DNA of 44,172 nucleotides from Macrostomum lignano (Eukaryota): NCBI GenBank assembly GCA_002269645.1, contig NIVC01004494.1, positions 1 to 44,172 of the forward strand, read 5' to 3'. Shown piece by piece: positions 9,871 to 20,277 of this stretch (position 1 is its first letter; each line of letters starts with the position of its first letter). The notes under the pieces were generated by a model. It saw only the letters and a program-made list of their open reading frames with translations, ran no database searches and was not told where the DNA came from. The position numbers and the translations under genes were made by a program.

Positions 9871-10312
9871 AACCAGAACCATCAATAAACTCAATAAAAT
9901 TATTCAATCAAAGAAACCAGGTCTTATATCAATTAAAGGTGCCAAAGTAAAAATCGATCCCGTGCAGCAAATAGTTCAATGTAATGAACAAAGACACAGC
10001 ATCACAGATGAAAAGTCAGGAGGAATCCTACCATTAGCAGCTCTTATCCTAATTATTGCAGGCGCTGTAAGTGCCGCAGGTGGTGTAGCTGGAGGTGTAG
10101 CAACTGCTGTTAAAGCTGGGAATGATAGAGCCCACCAGCTAGAATTGCAAAAGATTGCAAGAGACAAAGGTACAACAATTAAGGCAGGAGATGGGTGCCC
10201 TGATTTTGATGATCATGATGATTGTAAGCATGAAAATTCTGTAAGCAAGTCTGACATTGTCAAAGCCATCATGACACTGCACAATGCTGGGTTTACAATA
10301 ATGCGGATGTGA
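9857..10312 (+). CDS. Adenovirus protein X (mu precursor)-like core protein
   Basis: KSGG-ILPLAALILIIAGAVSAAGGVAGGVATAV resembles the adenovirus pX C-terminus (GG-ILPLLIPLIAAAIGAVPGIASVA); basic N-terminus. Confidence 0.65.
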   Translation: MTKIETRTINKLNKIIQSKKPGLISIKGAKVKIDPVQQIVQCNEQRHSITDEKSGGILPLAALILIIAGAVSAAGGVAGGVATAVKAGNDRAHQLELQKIARDKGTTIKAGDGCPDFDDHDDCKHENSVSKSDIVKAIMTLHNAGFTIMRM

Positions 10313-10447
10313 ATGCGGATGTGATGAGGTTTAAAACCCCACTTTATCCAGCTTCATAAACCTAATACTACTTATAGGATGTAGAAACAGTTCAACTTTT
10401 CTATCAGGGTGGTCACCCTCAAAATTTTTTTTATATTTTCGAGAAAA

Positions 10448-13400
10448 ATGCCAAAAGCTAATCCAGCAAGAGATTTAGTCAACAAATATTTTTCAAAAGG
10501 CGTCTCATTTCAAGACAAAAGTAATTCACTAAGAGAAGCATGCAAACAAAAGTTCAACACCGACCCTGGTCACCTGGGAAGCTATGAAAAACAGTTGGAA
10601 ATCATCAAACAATTAGAATTCAACCAGTATGCGCCTATAAAAAGTCCTGCAAAGGAACACCAAGAGAGGAGTCGCAACTTAGTTAACAAATACGAAACTC
10701 TCACTGGTGAAAAAGCAAAGTACCCACAAAGTAAGCAGGAACAAGAGAAATTAGAGCAATTAATCCATTTAAAAGAGTCGGAGCTTGCCATTGAAGAGAT
10801 TAATTTTGCACAGAGGAAGTTTACAGAACATTACATAGAGTACACAATCCCAATTAAGGATACCACCGCAAACATCTACGACTATAAAGACAGCATCCAA
10901 TCAGTTGTTGATCACACACTCAAAACACGCAAGACTTTTAAACTACAGATATCATTCAAGATTGCGTTTTATATGCCTGCGAAACCCACTGAGATCTCGA
11001 GTATTACATGACAACAAAGGCAAAGCCATTCACCCTACAGACACACTGGATCCTTTCCTTCAAGATGTCAATAAGAAAATTGAAGCGTTTATATCCAGAG
11101 GTTCCGATGGGTCGTAGGAGGGATTCAAAGAGCGACTGTCATGGTCATGAAATATGACCCACTTAAAGCCTCCTCTTATATAGAGCTCCAGCATAAGCTA
11201 GCCGGCAAAAAAGCTTGCATAAATGTTAAAAATAAAGACAATTGCTGTGCACTATGGGCAGTTCTTTCTGCACTTCTTCATGATAGTGTCCTTCACCACC
11301 CCGAAAGAACCTCAAATTATCAAATTATTTCAACTACTATCTCATTGAATGCGAAAAGAAGGGAATCAGGTTTGACAAAGGAGGCTTGGCGATCTCTCAG
11401 ATCCCAAAGCTAGAAGAAGTGTTTAATAACAAAATTAGAATCACAGTCTTTGAGTGGAGTGAAAAAACTGAGAAAGTTCAACCGGTCAGATGTAGCAAAG
11501 ACGTTTTAGATCCTGAGGGGAAAAGGCGGACTGAAGTGGATCTTCTAGTGATTGGTAATTTACTAGAGGAGGCTCACTATGTTTGGATTAAAGATCTTTC
11601 AAGACTCATTCACAAGCAGTTGAATAATCATCACGAGGCTGTTGCCATCTGCCGCTTGTGCCTTAAGCATTACAGTGGACCTGAACGCTTTGAAAAACTA
11701 GCAGAGCATGAATTATCATGCGAGGATCACCCGACAACTGCTCTCTTCCTTCAGCTGAAGAGAAGTATCTCCGGTTTAAGAACTATCACAAGATGGAGAA
11801 GCTCCCATTTGTTGTATATGCTGATTTCGAATGCTCAATCATGCCAGAAACTCAAAAACAAACTCAACTCAAAAACATATCCCCAATTCAGTAGCATATG
11901 CCTTTATTAATACAAAAGGACTTGTTGAGTATAATTATTTCTTTGGAGAGCAGTGTGTGGAGCAGTTTATTGCCAGAATGTTAGAGTTGCAAAAAGTGAT
12001 TAGCACCCTTCAACCTGTTCCAATAATGATGACTGAGGAGGATGAAAGCAATTTCCTATCAGCAACTCATTGCCACATCTGCAGGAAACATTTAACTTGC
12101 ACTAATATTAAAAACCCCACCGTTAGGGACCACTGCCACTTTACTGGGAAATTTAGAGGTGCAGCGCATAACACCTGTAATCTAAAGCTAAAATCGAACA
12201 TTCATGATCTAACGATATTTTGTCACAACGCAAAGAACTATGACATGCATTTAATAGTTGAAAAAATCGGCATGATTCCAGACATACACCTTGATTGCAT
12301 CGCAGAGAACAAGGAGAAGTTTAAGTGTGTTGATATTAAACAGGATAATTCGGTAAGGTAAAATAAGACTGAAGGATTCATATCAATTTCTAGCTGCCAG
12401 TCTAGACGAACTAAGCAAGAATCTAAAAGATGAACAATGTACATATACAAAGATGTTTGCAAGTAAAATTAACAACACTGATGAATCATTTAAACTTTTA
12501 AGAAAGAAAGGCTTCTACCCCTATGAAATATTACTGGGTATCACGTATTTGAAGAAGGTTTACCACCACAGGAGAAGTTCTTTTCAAAGCTAACAGACTC
12601 TGGAATCTCTGACAAAGACTATGAGCACGCGAAGCATGTCTATAATTACTTTAATTGTCAAAACTTCTTCCAGTATCACCTGCTTTACCTCTACACAGAT
12701 GTGTTTCTGCTGGCCGATGTGTTTGAAACCTTCAGATACACCTGGTACACAGCATATGGCCTCGATCCAGCACATTATGTGTCTCTGCCTGCCACTAGCT
12801 GGGAATCTTTGCTTAAAATGAAATGGGATCAAGATCCAGATTGGTACATTGAACTTCTTACAGACATTGACATGTACAATTTTGTCGAATCGTCAAAGCG
12901 AGGGGGATCTCAATTTGCAACAGGTATGCAAAAGCAAACAATCCCTACATTGATCTTACAATAAGGAGCAGCCCTCAAACTACATTACTTACTTGGACGC
13001 TAATAATCTCTACGGGTGGGCGATGAGTCAAGATCTTCCAGTTAGAGATTTTCGATGGCTACCCTCATCAGAATTCAAATGGGACTTTTCATTGGCTGCC
13101 ATTTATGAGGTTGATGTTTACATTCCACCAGAGCTTCACGACTATTTCTCTGACTTTCCACCCTTCCCAGAGAACATCAAGTGCCCGAAAATAATCGAAA
13201 CTCCCAATGATAATAATGGAACTTGGCACCTGTCAGGAACAGAAAAAGAACATACAGAGAAACTAACACAGAATCTAAACAACAAGACACGTTACAAAAT
13301 CCATTACAAACTGCTTCAGTATTTTATCTCACTTGGTTGCAGGGTCACCAAAGTTCACAGGGCTCTTACATTTACAGAGGAAGCGTGGATGAAACCCTAC

Positions 13401-14271
13401 ATTGATAAGAAACACCCAGTTTAGGACCAAAGCAACCAACGACTTTGACAAGAACCTCTTTAAGTTGGCCAACAACTCTGTCTATGGCAAGACTCTTGAG
13501 AATGAGCGGAAAAGAACAAACCTGAAACTTGTTACCTCATCAGAGCCTGCTGTTATTCAGGCAAATATGTCAAAGCCAACATTCAAAGAACTCCATATCT
13601 TTAATAGCTACTTAGGTGTGATCATATTTTACAAAACCAAGGTGACGCTGCGCAAGCCGATCTATACAGGTGTCACTGTTCTCGACGAATCAAAACGTCT
13701 GATGTACCAGTTCTTCTATGGCATGAAGCAGCAGTACAAGGATAAAATGAAACTCTTGTACACTGACACAGACAGTTTTATTATGGACATTCAAACAGAA
13801 GACATTTATCAGGACATGCTGCAGCAAAAAGATTTGTTTGACTTGTCTGAGTATGATGAATCTTTCAGGACACAGAATGGCGATCAAGTGTTTGACGCCA
13901 CTAACAAGAAAGTGATTGGGAAAATGAAGGACGAGATTGCTGGTGACATAATCACTGAATTCATTGGGTTGAGAGCAAAGTCCTATTTTGTAAAATGTGA
14001 GTCGTCAGACCCAATTAAAAAATCAAAGGGAATTCCGAAACGTGTGGTTAGGAAGGAAATTAATGAAGCTGAATACAGAGACGCCTTGAATTGCAACAAA
14101 AAGACATCACATGAGTTCTCAAAGCTACAATCTAAAAACCATATTATTCACACAATTCAGCAAAAGAAGATTGGACTGTCAGGTGCAGATAACAAGAGAT
14201 TCATTTTTGATGACAATATCAACAGTCTACCGTTCGGGCACTGGAGATTAGGTTTAGGAGGTGGAGGTTAG
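10448..14271 (+). pseudogene. Protein-primed family B DNA polymerase (pPolB) with endonuclease-VII-like Zn domain; about 11 frameshifts
   Basis: Exo I VYADFE, DANNLYGWAMSQ (motif A), KLANNSVYGK (motif B), YTDTDS (motif C), and CHIC...VRDHCHFTGKFRGAAHNTCNL at ~12071-12185, spread over successive frames. Confidence 0.93.
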
Positions 14272-14313
14272 GTTTAAGAGAAAGGTTTAATAAAATAATA
14301 GACCTCATAAAAA

Positions 14314-14715
14314 ATGACAACAAATAACTTTCTTGAAGATTTGGCTAACGAACTGGAAATCCCAAACTTTAGAGGAATATTTATGAGGGACACTCTGCCT
14401 GATTTTCCTCTAAGAAAAGAATGCGGCATCATGAACTTTGACACCGCCGATAAGCCAGGATCTCATTGGGTTTGCTGGGTGATTGATCCCGATCGCAAGC
14501 ACAAGTGTTATTACTTCGATAGCTATGGGACGGCAGTACCAGAAGAGCTAAGAAATTATATGAAGGGAAAAAATAATAAAAAAATTTATCGCTCAGACTT
14601 TATTCTCCAAGGTCTTAGCAGTGATATTTGCGGTGAGCTGTGCATGACTGTTTTGTATGCAATGACCAAAACACGAAAGACCTACAAGGAAATTATTCTT
14701 GGCTGTGTTTCATAG
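14314..14715 (+). CDS. Adenain-like cysteine maturation protease, intact
   Basis: GSHWVC (His), YFDSYG (Asp), Q...SDICGELC (Gln, Cys); 133 aa. Confidence 0.92.
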   Translation: MTTNNFLEDLANELEIPNFRGIFMRDTLPDFPLRKECGIMNFDTADKPGSHWVCWVIDPDRKHKCYYFDSYGTAVPEELRNYMKGKNNKKIYRSDFILQGLSSDICGELCMTVLYAMTKTRKTYKEIILGCVS

Positions 14716-14719
14716 GGGT

Positions 14720-15436
14720 TCATTGTGCATTTCTCGTCGTCCTTCTTGCCGACTTTCTTTCCGACATAATGTTGAAGAACTTTCTCGAGTTCATTTTCAG
14801 CTGACTCATGTCATCAGTACCGACCATGTTCAAGTTCATTCGAATTGATTGTTCATAAAGATCCTGAATGGTTTTGAACTCATCCTCTGAAATGAACTTA
14901 TCCTCGATTGCCCTTGAAATGTACCCTATGATTGATGTGTGCACCCCTTTCTCTTTTACTTGCTTCTCCTGTAGCTGCTTTAGTTTTTTTCGCCTGTTTC
15001 GCGCTAATGCTCCAGTAATTGCTGAAATAAGTCCACATGCAGCACCTACAGAGCCGAAGGGGATTGCGATTGGGGCTGTGATGACTGGCAACGTTGAGAC
15101 AGCTGCAGCAGATCCAGATAGAACAGACACAGATCCTAGAATCATATTGCTGTAGTCGAAAAATTTACAGTGGCTGTCATAGCGCTTAATTTTCTTTGTG
15201 TTGTGGAAAATATTTTTTTCAAGATCATCTCGCATTTTTTGAATCTCCACCAGTCGAAACTGTTGAGAGTTCCAAGTAATGACGGGGTAGAGTTTTTGTT
15301 GCTCATATTGAGGTGCATTCAGATTCGGTGCATTCAGGCTTTGTGTGTTCGAATTCGGTGCCATTGGGTTTGGTGCTGTCGGTATTTTAGGTTCAACGTA
15401 TTGAGACTGATCGTATAGAGAATTTTGTTGGGCCAT
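14720..15436 (-). CDS. 238-aa Polinton accessory protein with coiled coil plus Gly/Ala-rich hydrophobic hairpin
   Basis: Probable ATG at 15436. FRLVEIQKMRDDLE helix, hydrophobic stretch ILGSVSVLSG...LISAITGALA, then ISRAIEDKFISEDEF. This pattern is recalled from Polinton accessory ORFs. Confidence 0.65.
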   Translation of the reverse strand: MAQQNSLYDQSQYVEPKIPTAPNPMAPNSNTQSLNAPNLNAPQYEQQKLYPVITWNSQQFRLVEIQKMRDDLEKNIFHNTKKIKRYDSHCKFFDYSNMILGSVSVLSGSAAAVSTLPVITAPIAIPFGSVGAACGLISAITGALARNRRKKLKQLQEKQVKEKGVHTSIIGYISRAIEDKFISEDEFKTIQDLYEQSIRMNLNMVGTDDMSQLKMNSRKFFNIMSERKSARRTTRNAQ

Positions 15437-15521
15437 TTTTTCCCTAGAAAAAAAAATTATAAAACTATCCGGTTGAAAGATCTGTTTTCTTTTTGATAAT
15501 TCCATCTGCACCGCCGGTTGT

Positions 15522-16331
15522 CTAGGCGGCTCTCGTGACGCCGGAGGATCGCGAGTCCAGCAGGCAGCGGCTGGGCGGCTGACGTTTGAGAGCGTGCCGG
15601 ATTACTCCGGCGGGGTCCAGAGCTCCTTCTACTCGATCTGTAGACATGACCGGACGAGCAGCAGATTCTGCTTCATCAATAGCAATATCACGAAGATTGA
15701 GTGTTCTCTCCAGACGATTAAGCCTCCTTAGTATTTTACCCCAAGAGCTATACATTCCGTTTAGATAGCTACTGTGTGATACATCGTTTCTCTTTAATGC
15801 TTCAAGTCTTTCTTTAATTCTATCATGCAACGATGTTGACTGGTTCATGAACTCTTCTAAATTATTGACTTTAACTGTGTTGGTTGCGACGTTTTCTTTA
15901 ATTCTATCATGCAACGCTGTTGACTGGTTCATGAACTCTTCTAAATTATTTACTTTAGCTGTGTTTGTGAAAACTCCTCCTTCAAGAATACGCATCCGTC
16001 TATCAATGGAATTTCCCAGAAGATTAACTGATGATCTCAAGCCGTTGATTAGCGAGACTATCGAAGTTATTTCTGACCTTAGTTCATTAGTTGCGTTTAA
16101 CAACGGCACATAAAGCTTATCACTTTCAAACTTCTGCCTAGCTACTTTAAGCCTGAGATCTTCCATGTTGATTTGCAACTGGTGCATGGAGCGCTCTAGG
16201 GCTTTCAGTCTGTTTTTATTCAGTTTGATCTCTGGGATCTCTTCATCAGTGTTAATGTAGCGCTTGTCAAGGAAGGAAGTTGTGAGAGTGCTGTTGCCTG
16301 TAGTTGACTCACCTGCAAAATTAATAGACAT
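15522..16331 (-). CDS. 269-aa coiled-coil protein (candidate fibre/spike), copy 2
   Basis: ATG in AAAAAAATG context at 16331; heptad-rich. 28-aa (84-bp) internal duplication starting at 15811 and 15895. A separate ORF in element 1. Confidence 0.65.
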   Translation of the reverse strand: MSINFAGESTTGNSTLTTSFLDKRYINTDEEIPEIKLNKNRLKALERSMHQLQINMEDLRLKVARQKFESDKLYVPLLNATNELRSEITSIVSLINGLRSSVNLLGNSIDRRMRILEGGVFTNTAKVNNLEEFMNQSTALHDRIKENVATNTVKVNNLEEFMNQSTSLHDRIKERLEALKRNDVSHSSYLNGMYSSWGKILRRLNRLERTLNLRDIAIDEAESAARPVMSTDRVEGALDPAGVIRHALKRQPPSRCLLDSRSSGVTRAA

Positions 16332-16347
16332 TTTTTTAAATAAAAAA

Positions 16348-17147
16348 TTAAAGTAAAATTCTTTCTCCTTATTAATCATGACAAACTGATAGGGTTGGTT
16401 CCACTTTTCATAGCATATGTTAACAAATTCCTCCTGTGATATTGTTCTGTTAGAGTTCTTAGCTGGATATGTAATGTGAGCTGGGGCAATGACCTCATTA
16501 TAAAATCGTTTCAGTCGATCCTGTGGTATGGTTGGGAAAAGGAGAATCAAATTACAGTTACCTCTAATTGTTTTATTTGGCAGTTCAAACCAGTTTTGGG
16601 CAATGTAAATAACATTGCAATTATTATGTCTACTCCGGGTGAAATAATTTTCTATCTGTTTCTGGGGACCGGTCATGCAGTCATCGAAGACAATCAGGTG
16701 CTTTCTCCCCTTTTCTAGTTCATCAAGTTGAGGTAAGAGTTTAGTTTTAGGATCTATCTGTGGATCTCCATAAGTGAAAACTTTAATGCTTTGCCATTTT
16801 TCATTGTCTGGGATGTGCTTTGCGTATTCAGTGGCTACAACTTCCGGGTTGCTGTTGAGGTCTTTTTGATGTCTAAAACATTGAATAATATCTTCCTTGT
16901 TGAGATTGTTCTGTAGGCCCGCTACTAGCATTTTATACTCATCTTGATACAGAGTGGGTGAATAGATATGTAGTGTGTCATAATCGAGGAATCCAGGTCT
17001 GAGGAGCATGTTAAAAACTCTGAAGGTTTTCCCTGACCCAGATGAGCCAACAACAATGCATCGGAAGTGCCCTGGAATTATCTCGTTGTGAGCAAATTTT
17101 ATCTGATTGCGTGTCCAGTGGGGATGAAAGTCGTTTGTGAAGTCCAT
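16348..17147 (-). CDS. A32-like packaging ATPase, copy 2; stop bypassed by a 1-nt deletion
   Basis: Same Walker motifs as copy 1. Spans 800 nt versus 801 nt in copy 1; restoring one A gives KEKRILL-stop at 16348-16350. Confidence 0.88.
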
Positions 17148-17196
17148 TTTTTTATGTAAAAAAACTTTTTCTTTTTAAACTTGTGTATTTAAAACG

Positions 17197-17285
17197 CGTG
17201 TGTCTTTTTTCGGGATGTGTATGTGTGTGTCTTTTTTCGGGTTGTGTGTGTCTCTTTGCGGGATGTGTGTGTCTCTTTTTTTTAC
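17197..17285. repeat. Degenerate GT-rich tandem repeat (GTGTGTCTTTTTTCGGGAT-like) upstream of ATPase copy 2
   Basis: About four degenerate units at the position orthologous to the 21-bp repeat of element 1. Confidence 0.75.
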
Positions 17286-17346
17286 TAGTCCTACATCCGA
17301 CTAGTCCTACACCCTCACACCTCTTTTACCGTCAGGGTGCACCAAA

Positions 17347-17727
17347 TTAGTCAAATTTAAAACCGCCTCCTTTCTTATATTCAGCTCTCATCTTTGCGTA
17401 GATGGCTGGATCGACACTATCTGCACTCGGTGCAAGGGGTTGAATATCTGGTATTGATTTCCGGGTTTCATTAACCGTATCCTTTATCTTTTTGGCTGCT
17501 GTGGCTACACTGCCAGCCGCTTCGGCAACGTTCTTGATGTTCTCTTTGTTCTCTCCAATGACCTTAAAAATCTTGGCCCCTTGAGCGATCAAATCAGCAA
17601 GGCCATTCCCAGAGCGTTCTTTTCTTGGATAGTGGCCTGCAGGGAAAAGTCCAGATCCGCGTTTAATGAGATTAAGTTCCTCTTTGTCGTAGTATTTGTC
17701 AATGTCTTTTTCGAAAATAATTGGCAT
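17347..17727 (-). CDS. 126-aa putative core/membrane-active precursor, copy 2
   Basis: Near-identical N-terminal ~85 aa to copy 1, divergent C-terminal part, ends GGG-FKFD. Confidence 0.6.
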   Translation of the reverse strand: MPIIFEKDIDKYYDKEELNLIKRGSGLFPAGHYPRKERSGNGLADLIAQGAKIFKVIGENKENIKNVAEAAGSVATAAKKIKDTVNETRKSIPDIQPLAPSADSVDPAIYAKMRAEYKKGGGFKFD

Positions 17728-17743
17728 CTTTTTAAATAGAAAT

Positions 17744-18955
17744 TTATTTTTTGTTAAACCGTGAAAGCAAAAGTTCTCTTGCTCTTTTATCGATATATTT
17801 TCTCTCAAGCATTTTGTCCAGGATGTTGACAAATTCTTTTCTATTCTCGTCTTTCATTCCGGTCTTTGCCGCTCCTAGAAGAACAGCTAACCGCTTGTAG
17901 AATTCAGGCATGCCTTTTCCGGAAGAGCTTGGAGGTGATTCGAATGATTGGTCAGAGGAGGAACTGTCATGTGGCGCTTGTCTTTGTTAAGGTGTGAATA
18001 CTCTGTCATTGATTCGCTTCATTCGTTCTGGGGAGAGCCGCTCTAATTGTCGCCAAGTATCAGGGTTTGTATCTTTGTACTGGGAAATCTCATTTGGCCC
18101 TGCTTTTTCAAGCGCTTCTAGTACTTGTTCGGGTGTGATTTGTTGCTGTGGCGGTGAAGGTTGTTGTGGTTGTGTTTGTGTTTGTGGTTGCTGCTGTTGT
18201 GGTTGCTGTGGTTGTTGTGGTTGCTGCTGCTGTGGTTGTGGTTGTTGTGGCTGTGGTTGTTGTGGTTGTTGTCTTAAGACCTCTTCTTGATCCGGCAAAC
18301 CAAACCATTGTTTAAAGTATTTGTATTTTCTAAACCTGTTCAAGTCAATCCTGTTTTCATGTAAAATTTTCAAAACACCGTCGTTCTTGAGCATATCTAT
18401 ATCCCTCTCTAAAGCGAAGGTAACAAGATCTTTGTAATTTTCGAACTGCTTTTTAGACGTTTTCTCTAGATTTTTAGTCATGTAGTCGAGTAAACTTTGA
18501 GTGAATGGGATTCGTTTAGTTTCTGCGCCTTTATTGATTAAAATATTTTCCTTTTTCACTTCAATGTTGTAATCCGCCGGTTCCCCGGTAATATTTTTTC
18601 GCCAGGCGCTAATTCCAAAAATATATTTTCCATCATCCAATACGGGGCCAAAAAAGTTATCCGTCACTTTCATCTGCACTGGTTGTCCTGGTTGCTGAGC
18701 CTGTGGTTGTCCCGGTGAAGATGGGATTTTACCCAATGTGTTTTGCAAGTGGCTCTCTTGAATATCATCAACTGCTTCCTTCACAGTGTCGAGGTTTTTC
18801 TTCGCTTCTGTGTATCCGGGTTTGTGAAATTCGGTGGCTGCTTGGACAAAATCATTGTAGGATTGTTGCTCCTTATTTACTAGCCCGGTAACTCGTTTCT
18901 CTGCTTGTGCTAGCTTCTCCAATTCAGATATCTGCTGTGTACTTTTTCGCTTCAT
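17744..18955 (-). pseudogene. Gln/Pro-rich core protein, copy 2, premature stop at 17987-17989
   Basis: CAA (copy 1) is TAA here; downstream sequence still aligns to the copy 1 stop. Confidence 0.78.
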
Positions 18956-18985
18956 TTCTTATTTTATTTTATTTTTAGTTGAAAA

Positions 18986-20258
18986 ATGAACGACCCACTG
19001 ACACCAGTTTTCTACAAAATAAACAAGCCTATTTTGAGTGATGATAGCACAATCAAAGCGATTCAGGTAAGAGTTCCCAGTCAGGAAAATCAGAATGAAA
19101 CTAATCTTGGTCCTGGCCAAACACTGACATTCACATACAATGGATGTTCGTCTTTGGTTAGTGTGCACAGTCTTAAGAGCGGCTTCCATATGACATTTCA
19201 ATTCAAGACAAAGGGTGGTGCGGATGCGGCTCGTGCTAACGTTGACAAGCATGATGCGGATGTGGCTCTGATTAGTAACTTTTAGGCGTACATGTTCAAG
19301 GAGTTTAGTGTATCGAATGGGAGCACAGAGCAATATCATCCATGTCTATGACGCTCATTGTTTGATCGAGAATCCTGATTTTATTCAGTTGGGAAGTGGT
19401 GCGGGTTTTATTGCAGACGAAAAAGAAGGAGATATCAATGACAGTGGTTATAAAAATAGGAAGAAGAGATACGACTATGCATTGCAAGGTGCAGATGATG
19501 CTGCTAAGAACCCGCAGTATCGGTCTGTTGATGTATTTGTGCCACTTAGATTTATGAGTGGATTCTGTAATACATTTAATCGACTGACTAGTAACTTTAG
19601 CTACACATTTAGACTGACTAGAGATGATCGCAGTAGAGTGTTGTGGACTGGGGCGGACCACACTGGGATGGCTGTGAAGCTAACCGGAATCGAGCTGTAT
19701 TTGGAAGTCATTGAGCCAAAGACTGCACTAAAAGCGGATTATCTTAAGGCAATAGAGAAGGACATTGATGTTGCATACACGGCCTACATGTGTCGAGATG
19801 AGCGAAACGAAACTAGAACAAACATCTGCATCAAAGAGGGATCATGCAGCAATCCAAGGTATATCATTATTAATATGAGAAACCCAAATAGCATTATACG
19901 CTACATGCATGGAGACGTTCGGTCCATTCAGCATGAAATCAGTGATAATCTTTACCCTGCACTGCCACAAAATGGAGATTTCAGTCAGAACAAGATTAGC
20001 AAATCTTACAGCGAGTTGGTCGACTTGGCTGTGAAAGAGAACAATGGAATTGCTATCACTGCTCTTCAATATGGAACTCTATATCCGATGTTTGGCGCTG
20101 ATGTGTCTGCCAGACAAATGCCTACTGATAACAGCCCTGTGAATATCGTGACTAACATTGAAAGGACTACCGCAACACCCGTGGACCTGTACATTATCTA
20201 TGCATTTGAGAGGAAGGTGAAGCTTAACATGATCAACAATTCATCCAGTAAAGTTTAA
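18986..20258 (+). pseudogene. Major capsid protein, copy 2, disrupted
   Basis: TGG to TAG at 19283-19285, and a net 14-nt loss near 19328-19345; otherwise nearly identical to copy 1. Confidence 0.88.
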
Positions 20259-20277
20259 ATATTTTTTGGGAAAAAAA

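Noticed and set aside
7791-15980. Same 84-bp period in terminal repeats and in the coiled-coil duplication
   Set aside because: The sequences are unrelated; 84 bp is simply 28 codons (4 heptads) in the ORF.
15522-17147. 541-aa ATPase-coiled-coil fusion as a novel protein
   Set aside because: Element 1 has two separate ORFs. The copy 2 ATPase is exactly 1 nt shorter, and restoring one A recreates the stop, so the fusion is an indel product.
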